A DNA stretch of 64,000 nt from positions 32,470-96,469 of the forward strand of contig CAYYLC010000002.1 of NCBI GenBank assembly GCA_964472415.1, in the 5' to 3' direction. The position numbers and the translations under genes are program-made. The number at the start of each line of letters is the position of its first letter. Position 1 is the first letter of the stretch. Under the pieces are notes generated by a model. The model was not told where the DNA came from. It did no database searches and was given only the letters and a program-made list of their open reading frames with translations. Positions 55,335 to 64,000 of the stretch are shown one piece after another. The DNA is from an uncultured Gammaproteobacteria bacterium (lineage in GTDB: Bacteria > Patescibacteriota > Microgenomatia > Levybacterales > GWA1-39-11).

Positions 55335-56985
55335 TAAGTATTTTAAATTCGTAAAAAAACATTATTGTGGTCTTTCGGTTTTACTATTCTCTGCACTCTT
55401 CAGCACCTGGCTCATGTTCTCCACATTCTCATATGAGAACAACATGCTTCTTATCGCATCAAAAGCATGGAGTGATTTTGGAAGTCATATCCCGCTCATC
55501 CGCTCGTTTTCCCTCGGATCAAATTTTCCACCAGAATATCCGCTCTTTCCTGGAGAAGTTATCCGATACCACTTCTTATTTTATCTTTTTGTTGGAATAT
55601 TAGAAAAAATTGGATTTCGGATTGATATTGCATTAAATGTTTTATCTACAATTGGCTTTACTGTACTCCTCGGAATGATATACCTATTTGCAAAAAAAAT
55701 ATTTAAATCAAAATCTATTGCTGCCCTTTCTCTATTATTTTTCCTATTCAACGGCTCACTAAGTTTTCTCTATTTCCTCAAAACTCACACAGATCTAATA
55801 TCTCTTCCCAAAGAAATTATTACGAATTCAACATTTCCATCATTTGGTCCTTATGATGGAAATATTATCAGCGCATTCTGGAATCTCAATATTTATACAA
55901 ATCAGCGTCACCTCGCACTCGCACTCGCACTTTCTCTTAGCGCAATCTATCTATTTATCCGTCCCATTTTTTCCAAAAAACACTCTCAACAAATACTACC
56001 CTCGATTATTCTTGGGGTACTGCTTGGACTCTCATTTTTTTTTCACCTCGCAATTCTTCTCGCCACCCTCCTTATCATCTTTCTACTTGCAATCCTTTTT
56101 GAAAAAATTCGACTAAATGGTGTTATTGCAATTATCATTGCCGGAATTATTTGCCTCCCTCAATATCTATACATGCAAACCGATGCATTGAGCGGATATG
56201 GAATTCAGATTTCCTTAGGATATCTTTCCCAAATAACAACAAGCTTTCCTCTGTTAAATTTTATTTCGTATTGGATTGCAAATTTAGGGTTTCACATAAT
56301 ACTCATCCCACTTGCTCTTTTCCTTGTTGAGAAACGGGCAAAGAAAATATTTCTCGCCTTTTTAAGTTTATTTATTCTTGCAAACACCCTACAATTTTCT
56401 CCTGAAATTGCTGCAAATCACAAATTCGTAAATTACTTTATGATCGTAGGAGTTATGTATTCTGCATTTGTAGTTATTTTTTTCTGGAAGAAAAATGTAG
56501 TTGGAAAGATACTTGCAATAATTTTAGTGTTTTTGTGCACATTTTCTGGAATCATTGACCTCTTCCCAATCATAAACGACACAAAAATCTCAATCCCAGA
56601 TCACATTGCAAATACAGACTCTCAATGGATCCTTGAAAACACGATGTCTGATTCCATAATTCTCAATACCACGTATCTCAATAATGCAGCATCTATTGCT
56701 GGACGAAAAATATTTCTTGGATGGCCTTATTTTGCATGGTCCGCAGGACATGACACTAACACTCGGCAGGAAGAAATGCAGGCTATTTTTAAGAGCAACG
56801 ATATCCATATGATCTGCAAAAAACTCGATGCAAATTCGATTGATTATGTATTTCTGGAGCAATCCTCACCAGACTTCCAGTTTGATAATAAATTCTGGAA
56901 GGAAAATTTTACCCCCGAATACCAGAATCCAATTTCAGGAAATGCAATCTATGAAACTAAGCATATATGTGCAGACCTAATCTAG
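55324..56985 (+). CDS. Polytopic membrane protein, GT-C-like (putative polyprenyl-phosphate-sugar-dependent glycosyltransferase)
   Basis: 553 aa with about 12 TM helices and no soluble domains. The N-terminal region PPEYPLFPGEVIRYHFLFY is GT-C-like. Confidence 0.3.
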   Translation: MKHSKYFKFVKKHYCGLSVLLFSALFSTWLMFSTFSYENNMLLIASKAWSDFGSHIPLIRSFSLGSNFPPEYPLFPGEVIRYHFLFYLFVGILEKIGFRIDIALNVLSTIGFTVLLGMIYLFAKKIFKSKSIAALSLLFFLFNGSLSFLYFLKTHTDLISLPKEIITNSTFPSFGPYDGNIISAFWNLNIYTNQRHLALALALSLSAIYLFIRPIFSKKHSQQILPSIILGVLLGLSFFFHLAILLATLLIIFLLAILFEKIRLNGVIAIIIAGIICLPQYLYMQTDALSGYGIQISLGYLSQITTSFPLLNFISYWIANLGFHIILIPLALFLVEKRAKKIFLAFLSLFILANTLQFSPEIAANHKFVNYFMIVGVMYSAFVVIFFWKKNVVGKILAIILVFLCTFSGIIDLFPIINDTKISIPDHIANTDSQWILENTMSDSIILNTTYLNNAASIAGRKIFLGWPYFAWSAGHDTNTRQEEMQAIFKSNDIHMICKKLDANSIDYVFLEQSSPDFQFDNKFWKENFTPEYQNPISGNAIYETKHICADLI

Positions 56986-57041
56986 ACTATAAATTACTCT
57001 CTGAAAAGATTAGAATATAGCTTGTTAAGCTCATAAAAAAT

Positions 57042-59174
57042 ATGTACTTTTTTGATTTAGGACTTGTAATAAAATTTTGGCTTGTGCTTTTTATAATTGG
57101 CATATTATTTCTCCCCATCACAACAAAAATATTTAGAGGATTTTTTGACAAAGGATATATCTTTTCAAAAATACTAGGAGTAATTATTCTGTCATATACA
57201 TTATTCCTCTTCAGCACTACATATATTCTCCCGTTTAATACACTCTCAATTTTACTAATATTTATCATCTATCTAGTAGCGCTCTTATTCTCTTATGGAT
57301 TAAAGATCCCCAAACTTCCTGAGAAAAAATTGAGGAGAATTTGGGTGTTTGAAGAATCAGTTTTTCTCGTATGTATCCTTTTTTGGTGCTACGTAAAAGG
57401 ATTCCAGCCGGATATCAATGGTCTTGAAAAATTCATGGATTTCGGATTCATAAATTCTGCTATTCGTACAGAATACTTTCCGGCAATTGATATGTGGTTT
57501 GCAAAAGAGCCAATTAACTACTACTACTTCGGGCACCTTATAACTGCATTCCTCACAAAGCTCACTGGGATTGAATCGTTTATCACCTATAATATCATGC
57601 TATCTGCTATTTTTGCCTTTTGCTTCGCCGGAAGTTTTTCGCTAGTTTTTTCTGTCGCATATGATATATTCAAAAAAATCCGCCCAAGCATTCTCGCAGG
57701 CCTCCTCTCCGCCTTTCTTGTAACATTCAGCGGAAATCTCCATACCATTTATACATTTTTTGAAGGATATCAAGGAGAAAATCCAGTTCCTTTCTGGGAA
57801 TTAAAAATGCTCCCCTTGGAAAACTATGGCACAACCTATTGGTATCCGAATGCAACTCGCTTTATCCACAACACAATCCATGAATTTCCGTCATATTCAT
57901 TTGTTGTTTCAGACCTACACGGACACGTTCTGGATATTCCTATTGTGCTTTTAACGCTCGCAGCAACATACGTCCTCGTTCGGAAAAAAGGTCTTACCAT
58001 ACTCAATGTATTTCTGTTTTCATTTTTAACAGCGATTATGTACATGACGAACGCATGGGATGGAATTTTATATTCGGGGCTCATAGGAATAATAATTATT
58101 CTGAAAAGTAGTAAACTGCCTCGCGCTGTTTCAAAAAATAATTATTCTTTTCAAAGATTTTATCCATTTTTTCAAAGTACCTTTGTAAAATTTCTCATAC
58201 TTGGGCTGGGATTTTTCCTTTTTACGCTTCCGTTCAATGTATACTTCAAACCCTTCGCATCAGGAATCGGATTTTTGTGTGCTCCAGAATCTCTACAGGG
58301 AACCTCTTTTGGACCATTTCTTTTTGAAGGAGATCACTGCCAACGATCTCCTTTTTACCAGCTCGCAATTCTTTGGGGATTTTTCTATATAACAATGCTT
58401 ACCTTTGTACTTTTTTTGGTTACGAAAGGAAAAAAGTTACTTGACACAAAGCCTGTTCTTTTTATGCTTATTTTATTCTTTTTTGCATCTCTGCTTATTC
58501 TTATCCCAGAATTTGTATATGCAAAAGATATCTACCCTGATCATTATCGCGCAAATACTATGTTTAAGCTCGGATATCAGGCATTTATCATGCTTTCATT
58601 AACAAGCGGACTCGCAATCACTATTCTTATCCGTTCATGGAAGAAAATATTTCTGATCCCGCTGTTTGTAGTTCTCATTGTGCTCGTCATGATTTATCCA
58701 TATTTTGCGATTCAATCATATTTCGGTGATATAACACCCGATCGCTATCAAGGTTTAAATGGAATTTCTTATTTAAAATTTAAATACCCAGAAGACTATG
58801 AAGCAATTATGTGGCTTCGAGAAAATGTTTCTGGTCAACCAGTAATTGCAGAAGCGCAGGGTGATTCATATACTGACTATGCACGAGTCTCTGCAAATAC
58901 TGGGCTTCCAACAATTCTCGGATGGACAGTACACGAATGGCTCTGGCGCGGAGATTATTCTATACCACAACCAAGGATTGAAGATGTCAAAACACTCTAC
59001 GAAGGAAATGTCTCTGAGGGAAGAGAGATAATTGAAAGATATCATGTATCATATATTTTTATAGGAAATCTTGAGCGAAAAAAATACCAAAATATCAATG
59101 TAGCTAAATTCAGGGAACTGGCAACGCCTGTCTTCACAAATGGCACCACTACTATCTATCAAGTAAACTTGTAG
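57042..59174 (+). CDS. DUF2298/Chlor_Arch_YYY-family polytopic membrane protein (GT-C-like) with C-terminal extracytoplasmic domain
   Basis: 710 aa, more than 12 TM helices, then a C-terminal soluble region with GISYLKFKYPEDYEAIMWLRENVSGQPVIAEAQGDSYTDYARVSANTGLPTILGWTVHEWLWRG. The family assignment is from memory. Confidence 0.4.
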   Translation: MYFFDLGLVIKFWLVLFIIGILFLPITTKIFRGFFDKGYIFSKILGVIILSYTLFLFSTTYILPFNTLSILLIFIIYLVALLFSYGLKIPKLPEKKLRRIWVFEESVFLVCILFWCYVKGFQPDINGLEKFMDFGFINSAIRTEYFPAIDMWFAKEPINYYYFGHLITAFLTKLTGIESFITYNIMLSAIFAFCFAGSFSLVFSVAYDIFKKIRPSILAGLLSAFLVTFSGNLHTIYTFFEGYQGENPVPFWELKMLPLENYGTTYWYPNATRFIHNTIHEFPSYSFVVSDLHGHVLDIPIVLLTLAATYVLVRKKGLTILNVFLFSFLTAIMYMTNAWDGILYSGLIGIIIILKSSKLPRAVSKNNYSFQRFYPFFQSTFVKFLILGLGFFLFTLPFNVYFKPFASGIGFLCAPESLQGTSFGPFLFEGDHCQRSPFYQLAILWGFFYITMLTFVLFLVTKGKKLLDTKPVLFMLILFFFASLLILIPEFVYAKDIYPDHYRANTMFKLGYQAFIMLSLTSGLAITILIRSWKKIFLIPLFVVLIVLVMIYPYFAIQSYFGDITPDRYQGLNGISYLKFKYPEDYEAIMWLRENVSGQPVIAEAQGDSYTDYARVSANTGLPTILGWTVHEWLWRGDYSIPQPRIEDVKTLYEGNVSEGREIIERYHVSYIFIGNLERKKYQNINVAKFRELATPVFTNGTTTIYQVNL

Positions 59175-60333
59175 GAGTAGGGGAGGGGGTAACTATCCCT
59201 TCTTCTGAAATCAAACAAATGTGTCCGGCTGCTATACAGTCTACATATTCATGAATCTGCGAAAACTCACTGTTACCAAGACTTGGAATAAGAACATATT
59301 GATATTTATATTCTTCAGATGAAATTGGTGCCATCACTAATCCATATTTGTCCTCCAATTCATTCCCTTCATCAATCACAAAGCTTCTAATCGTTCCGTT
59401 CTGCATTTCTTGGGCGAGCTTCACGAAATCATCAAGCTTTTCTGTATCTATGTCAGTTACAATATTGTCCTTTATGATATTAAATGCACCTACAACTTTC
59501 ACCGGGTTTAATAAAACATGTAATGACAACATCCTACTTTTAAGCGCTTCAATTACTTTTTGTTGACGTTTACTCCGTGCAAAATCACTCCCTTCGCCAT
59601 TCGTTCCATGCCGAGATCGAACATACCGCAGGGCAGTCTCTCCGTCCATTGTCTGCTCCCCTTCTGTGAAACTTAATGTTGTATATCTGCATGGAAATGA
59701 ATCATACTGTGTTGCTGTACCAGTTGCAATTTGCACTGTTAAGTTGACAATCTCCTCATCACTATATCCACAAGAGTTATTCTCTTTTCCAGAAATTGGA
59801 TATTCATAATCGTCAAATGCACGCTCGACATCTACCTCTATCCCTCCCAGATGGTCAATCAGCTTTACGAATCCCGCAAAATCGATAATCAGTACATATT
59901 GAATATCTTCTCCGACTACCTCTGAAACAGCATTCCGGATATCCTCCACTCCGGTACCATTACTTTTACCAAACGCATAAATCGCATTTATTTTTGCCTG
60001 CGCACTATCTATCCACAAATCTCGTGGGATTGATACCATGTCTACTCGTTTTTCTTCAACTGATACGTGTGAATAAATAAGAGTGTCGGTTAAATTTGGG
60101 CCATCGTGTGTCCCGCCTCCGATTCCTAGAACAAGAATACTAAAATCTTTCTTCTCAGGCGTAACTCCCAAATCAATTGCCTTATCGACTGTCACGCCAA
60201 AAAGAAATGTTCCAATTTGTCTCAGCTGATTCTGAAAAATCCCAATAAAAATCAACACTACGACACCTCCCAATAATACATATTTATACCGTTCCCAGTT
60301 AAATTTTTTCTCTAAGGGTCGTAGTTTTACCAT
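59152..60333 (-). CDS. LytR-CpsA-Psr (LCP) family phosphotransferase (cell-wall glycopolymer ligase)
   Basis: N-terminal TM, then ILVLGIGGGTHDGPNLTDTLIYSHV...VDMVSIPRDLWIDS...AKINAIYAFG (LCP core). Confidence 0.75.
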   Translation of the reverse strand: MVKLRPLEKKFNWERYKYVLLGGVVVLIFIGIFQNQLRQIGTFLFGVTVDKAIDLGVTPEKKDFSILVLGIGGGTHDGPNLTDTLIYSHVSVEEKRVDMVSIPRDLWIDSAQAKINAIYAFGKSNGTGVEDIRNAVSEVVGEDIQYVLIIDFAGFVKLIDHLGGIEVDVERAFDDYEYPISGKENNSCGYSDEEIVNLTVQIATGTATQYDSFPCRYTTLSFTEGEQTMDGETALRYVRSRHGTNGEGSDFARSKRQQKVIEALKSRMLSLHVLLNPVKVVGAFNIIKDNIVTDIDTEKLDDFVKLAQEMQNGTIRSFVIDEGNELEDKYGLVMAPISSEEYKYQYVLIPSLGNSEFSQIHEYVDCIAAGHICLISEEGIVTPSPTPTSLLDR

Positions 60334-60989
60334 TGTAAAAGCAGATCACCCAATGTATTGGCATCAAGACTCGCGCCACCTATAAGAAGTCCATTGCATG
60401 AGGCAATATGGATATAATCTCGAACGTTTTCTGGTTTCACACTCCCCCCATATAAAATTTTCCCGCTAAACTTTTTCTGAATATCCCCAAAAACAGCTTC
60501 CACATGATCCGGCTCTGCAGGAGTCCCTGAACCTATTGCAGTCGGTGGCTCATACGCCACGCATTGTACGCCTTCTGGAATAATTTGTGCTTCATTCTGA
60601 ACACAGTAAACAACCTCTAGATTGTTACTGCGCGCTTCTTGAGCTTTTTTTTGCAAAGTTTCGTTATGCTCTGAAAGCAGATCTCGCCGCTCAGAATGGC
60701 CAATTATCGTCATATCGCAAAATTCCCTCACTTGAAAAGCACTTATTTCCCCAGTAAATGGCCCGACACCAAAGGCAGAGATATTTTGCGCAGAGAGTTT
60801 AATCGGTAATGCATGAAGCTGAATAAGCTCCTTACAAAGACTCAAAAGTTGAAAAGAAGGGGCGATAACTAGCTCTTTATTCTCTAGATTAAGCTCTAAT
60901 ATCCGCTCAGAAAAGACGGTAAAAAACTCGTGAACTTCAACAGTATTTTTATTTGACTTCCAATTGGCTATAATAAGCTTCTTCTCCAT
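60327..60989 (-). CDS. tpiA: Triosephosphate isomerase (short form)
   Basis: IIANWKSN, IIGHSERR, YEPPTAIGSG and ILYGGSV. Confidence 0.85.
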   Translation of the reverse strand: MEKKLIIANWKSNKNTVEVHEFFTVFSERILELNLENKELVIAPSFQLLSLCKELIQLHALPIKLSAQNISAFGVGPFTGEISAFQVREFCDMTIIGHSERRDLLSEHNETLQKKAQEARSNNLEVVYCVQNEAQIIPEGVQCVAYEPPTAIGSGTPAEPDHVEAVFGDIQKKFSGKILYGGSVKPENVRDYIHIASCNGLLIGGASLDANTLGDLLLQW

Positions 60990-61030
60990 AAAAGGAATAA
61001 TTCTACGTTATAATAGTATAACAACTAACT

Positions 61031-62866
61031 ATGGATATTCTCAATAAACTAAATACTGAACAACAAAAAGCAGTTTCTTATAACGAAGGTCCTATGATTG
61101 TTCTCGCGGGTGCAGGAAGCGGAAAAACACGAGTACTTATCCATAAAGTACTCTATCTAATCCAAGAAAAAGGATTCGATCCAACAGAAATTCTTATGGT
61201 AACATTCTCAAATAAAGCTGCTGGTGAAATGCGCGAACGAATGGAACTTGCACTCCACACTCCATCCCTTCCGATCGTAAGCACCTTTCACTCACTATGT
61301 GCACGAATACTCAGGCGCCATGGGGTCCATATCGGCATTCCTCATAACTTTGTGATTTATGACACACAAGATCAGCTTGCAACTATAAAAGAGTGCATAA
61401 GCCTTCTGTATATCGACCCAAAACAGGCCAGGCCAAAAGCGGTCCTTGAAACAATTTCATCTGCAAAAAATCAGATGATAGATGTAAAAATGTATAGTGA
61501 ATTCGCAAAAGGGTATTTTCAAGAATTTGTTGCAAATATTTATCCTGTGTATGAGGGAATGCTTACAGAAAACAATGCACTTGATTTTGATGATTTAATT
61601 CTAAAAACTCTCAGGCTCCTCCGTGAACACGAAGAAATCCGAGACTTCTATCAAGAGTCGTTTAAATATATTCTTATTGATGAATATCAGGATACAAATG
61701 TAGCCCAATATCAACTCACAAAGCTTTTGGGTGGGAAATATAAAAACATTTGCATTGTAGGAGATTTTTCTCAAAGTATTTATAGCTTCAGAGGGGCAGA
61801 TTATAGGAATCTTGAAAAATTTAAGCGAGATTTTCCTCAATCTAAAACATTCCAACTATCGCAAAATTATCGTTCTACCCAATCAATCCTCAACGCAGCG
61901 TATTCTATTATTGCAAATAATTCTCTGCACCCGATCCTCAAACTTTGGACAGAAAACGCTGCTGGCTCAGATTTAGTTATTCATCAAGCAAATGATGGAC
62001 ATCGCGAAGCAGAGTATATTATTGAAAAAATTCATGAACTACAACGGCATAATTCCGACTTGAAACTTTCTGATGTTGCTGTTTTATACCGCATGAACGC
62101 GCAATCCCGAACCATTGAGGAGGTCTTTCTTCATCTTGGGGTTCCGTATAAACTTGTTGGTGGCGTGAGGTTCTATGATAGGCGCGAAGTAAAAGATGTA
62201 CTCTCGTATCTAAGCCTTCTTTCAAATCCAAATGATAAAATCGCAAAAAAACGGCTTGAAAAACTCGGAAAGCGACGCTTTAGCGCATTCGCAGAATACC
62301 AAAAAGAATTTACTGAGAACAATTTTATAGAAACAGAGAAAACAATTGATATCCTTGATCGTGTGCTTCAGAAAACAAAATACCTGGAAAAATATGATGA
62401 AGATGATGGTGAAGATTTGGCACGGCTCGAAAACATTAAAGAGCTCCGATCTGTTGCGATAGAATTCCCAAATCTCATTCAATTTCTTGAAAATGTTTCA
62501 CTCGTTGAAGCAGAATATCTCCCAGATCAAAAAACTTCTGATCCAAATAATGCAATAACGCTTATGACACTGCACGCTGCAAAAGGATTAGAATTTAAGG
62601 TCGTATTTTTAGTAGGAATGGAAGAGGGAATTTTTCCGCATAGTCAATCAATGTTTAGCGTTTCAGATGTAGAAGAAGAACGCCGTCTGTGCTATGTTGG
62701 AGTAACCCGCGCAAAGGAACACCTATACATGACCTATGTTCAAGAACGAACCATTTTTGGACAACGAGCAAATTCTACGCCGTCTCGTTTTATTTTTGAA
62801 CTCCCAGAAGAAGTGCGCGAAATGAATAACATTTCATTTGATGCGGGTGCCCCAGACTTCTTATGA
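61031..62866 (+). CDS. UvrD/PcrA/Rep-family ATP-dependent DNA helicase
   Basis: Walker A AGAGSGKT and helicase motifs ...FSNKAAGEMRER..., LIDEYQDTN, ...YRS... and VGVTRAKEHLYMTY. Confidence 0.85.
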   Translation: MDILNKLNTEQQKAVSYNEGPMIVLAGAGSGKTRVLIHKVLYLIQEKGFDPTEILMVTFSNKAAGEMRERMELALHTPSLPIVSTFHSLCARILRRHGVHIGIPHNFVIYDTQDQLATIKECISLLYIDPKQARPKAVLETISSAKNQMIDVKMYSEFAKGYFQEFVANIYPVYEGMLTENNALDFDDLILKTLRLLREHEEIRDFYQESFKYILIDEYQDTNVAQYQLTKLLGGKYKNICIVGDFSQSIYSFRGADYRNLEKFKRDFPQSKTFQLSQNYRSTQSILNAAYSIIANNSLHPILKLWTENAAGSDLVIHQANDGHREAEYIIEKIHELQRHNSDLKLSDVAVLYRMNAQSRTIEEVFLHLGVPYKLVGGVRFYDRREVKDVLSYLSLLSNPNDKIAKKRLEKLGKRRFSAFAEYQKEFTENNFIETEKTIDILDRVLQKTKYLEKYDEDDGEDLARLENIKELRSVAIEFPNLIQFLENVSLVEAEYLPDQKTSDPNNAITLMTLHAAKGLEFKVVFLVGMEEGIFPHSQSMFSVSDVEEERRLCYVGVTRAKEHLYMTYVQERTIFGQRANSTPSRFIFELPEEVREMNNISFDAGAPDFL

Positions 62867-63882
62867 CCTTTACAGAAATTACAGAAAAAAATAAAGTTAA
62901 CTACAACAAAGTTGTTACCCATCCGCTACAGAGTTATGAATGGGGAGAATTCCGCAAAAAAACCAATACAACAGTTATTCGTTACGGCGTTGAAAAAAAC
63001 GGAAAATTAATTGACGGATTCACATTGACGCTTCATACAATTCCAAAAACAAACTATACAATTGGATATCTCCCAAAAGGAAATAATCCTACAAGAGAAA
63101 TACTGGAAAAGCTTAGAGAAATTGGGAAAAAACACAACTGCATCTTTATTCAACTTGAACCGAATATAAAAAAGGGGAATTCAAAAATAATATCTCACAA
63201 AAATCTTGTAAAGTCACACCGTCCATTATTTACAAAGTACACATTTGAAATAGATTTAACAAAAGATGAAGAAATATTATTGAAAAAATTTAGCTCAAAA
63301 ACGCGATACAATATCAGGCTCGCTAAACGAAAGGGTGTAATAGTACATGAAGATAATTCTGAAACAGCATTTAAGAAATATCTTGAACTAACTCAAGAAA
63401 CAACAAAACGTCAAAACTTTTATGCGCACACTCCAACGTATCACAAAAAAATGTGGGAAACACTCTCACGTTCCACTCGAGCAAATACACTCTCTACACA
63501 CCTTCTCACAGCAGAATTTGAAGAGGAAATCCTTACCACTTGGATGTTATTCGTTTTTAACGATGCGCTGTATTATCCCTATGGCGCATCAACAACAAAA
63601 TACAAGAATCTCATGGCATCAAATTTGGTTATGTGGGAGGCAATTCGATTTGGAAAAAAACTTGGACTGAAAACATTTGATCTATGGGGAGCCCTCAGTC
63701 CTGATGCAGATTCTCGTGATCCATGGTTTGGATTTCATAAATTTAAACTCGGATATAACCCTGAGCATATAGAGTTTGTGGGAAGTTATAACTTAATCAT
63801 TAATCCTACAATTTACAAAATCTATAAAATTGCAGATAGATTCCGATGGATTTATCTCAAACTAAAAGCTAAATTTTCGTAA
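62863..63882 (+). CDS. FemAB-family peptidoglycan interpeptide-bridge aminoacyltransferase
   Basis: Tandem GNAT-like fold typical of FemX/MurM, including ...LFVFNDALYYPYGASTTKYKNLMASNLVMWEAIRFGKKLGLKTFDLWG. Overlaps the helicase gene by 4 nt. Confidence 0.65.
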   Translation: MTFTEITEKNKVNYNKVVTHPLQSYEWGEFRKKTNTTVIRYGVEKNGKLIDGFTLTLHTIPKTNYTIGYLPKGNNPTREILEKLREIGKKHNCIFIQLEPNIKKGNSKIISHKNLVKSHRPLFTKYTFEIDLTKDEEILLKKFSSKTRYNIRLAKRKGVIVHEDNSETAFKKYLELTQETTKRQNFYAHTPTYHKKMWETLSRSTRANTLSTHLLTAEFEEEILTTWMLFVFNDALYYPYGASTTKYKNLMASNLVMWEAIRFGKKLGLKTFDLWGALSPDADSRDPWFGFHKFKLGYNPEHIEFVGSYNLIINPTIYKIYKIADRFRWIYLKLKAKFS

Positions 63883-64000
63883 TTACTTTTCCTAAAATAT
63901 CAGATTTCCGAATACCTTCAATCGTTAAACTGTCTGTTTTATTTTCTCCTGAAACTACAAACGTATTATTTGTAATTTCCGTAATTTTTTTAATCATAAT
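63869..64000 (-). CDS. C-terminal fragment of a gene extending beyond the window end (unknown function)
   Basis: The minus-strand frame is open to the window edge (...MIKKITEITNNTFVVSGENKTDSLTIEGIRKSDILGKVITKI-stop). Too short to classify. Confidence 0.2.
   Translation of the reverse strand: MMIKKITEITNNTFVVSGENKTDSLTIEGIRKSDILGKVITKI

Noticed and set aside
63869-64000. Stand-alone 43-aa minus-strand ORF (MIKKITEITNNTFVVSGENKTDSL...)
   Set aside because: The frame stays open to the window edge, so it is most likely the C-terminal end of a longer gene starting beyond 64000. It is reported only as a low-confidence partial feature.

Overview
This 64 kb window is AT-rich and densely packed with short, often overlapping genes. 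TGA is used as a stop codon. It looks like a small-genome, Gram-positive-type (monoderm) bacterium, possibly CPR/Patescibacteria-like; that lineage call is inference only. The coding density is about 90%, and I found no rRNA, tRNA, CRISPR array or obvious transposase.

The window reads as six blocks:
1. 729-6860: a sortase-associated surface-protein locus. It has four paralogous secreted Asn/Thr-rich proteins built from a ~48-aa repeat I cannot assign to a named family, one with a canonical LPVTG sorting signal, plus a small sortase (TLxTC).
2. 8702-14147: a HlyD/ABC/FtsX efflux system, followed by an HhH-GPD DNA glycosylase and a decayed tandem-duplication scar (ftsX-3' fused to a SIMPL-5' pseudogene).
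3. 18978-36203: a proteostasis island. It contains two unusual ClpA/C-like double-AAA+ unfoldases, a DnaJ-like protein, an S8 subtilase with a separate propeptide-like gene, and the hrcA-grpE-dnaK operon behind a near-consensus CIRCE operator. A VirB2-like pilin plus a VirB6/TrbL-like membrane protein sit immediately upstream of dnaK. hsp20 follows, with groES-groEL further on at 44021-46035.
4. 37176-43315: a polyprenyl-phosphate glycan locus (DPPR-synthase-like UbiA enzyme, WecA/MraY-like GT4, GT-C, processive GT2) reminiscent of the mycobacterial arabinogalactan cluster.
5. 51150-54032: a PilN/PilO-like pair followed by a large surface protein. Its C-terminal 'PIEKPG + TM' tail is shared with another protein at 46167.
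6. 54048-60333: an FAD oxidoreductase, two GT-C-like polytopic membrane proteins and an LCP-family ligase.

Housekeeping genes fill the rest: nusA (partial), tgt, metG, lepA, murJ, rpsT, tpiA, a UvrD/PcrA helicase, a FemAB-family protein and tatD.

The candidates I would look at first are the sortase-linked repeat-protein family, the DPPR-synthase-like glycan cluster, the VirB2/VirB6-like pair inside the heat-shock operon, the shared PIE[KN]PG C-terminal tails, and the two atypical Clp-type ATPases.

Coordinates of motifs that I read directly from the sequence lines may be off by 1-2 nt. CDS coordinates follow the supplied ORF track; where I list an adjusted start, it is justified by homology or a Shine-Dalgarno sequence.
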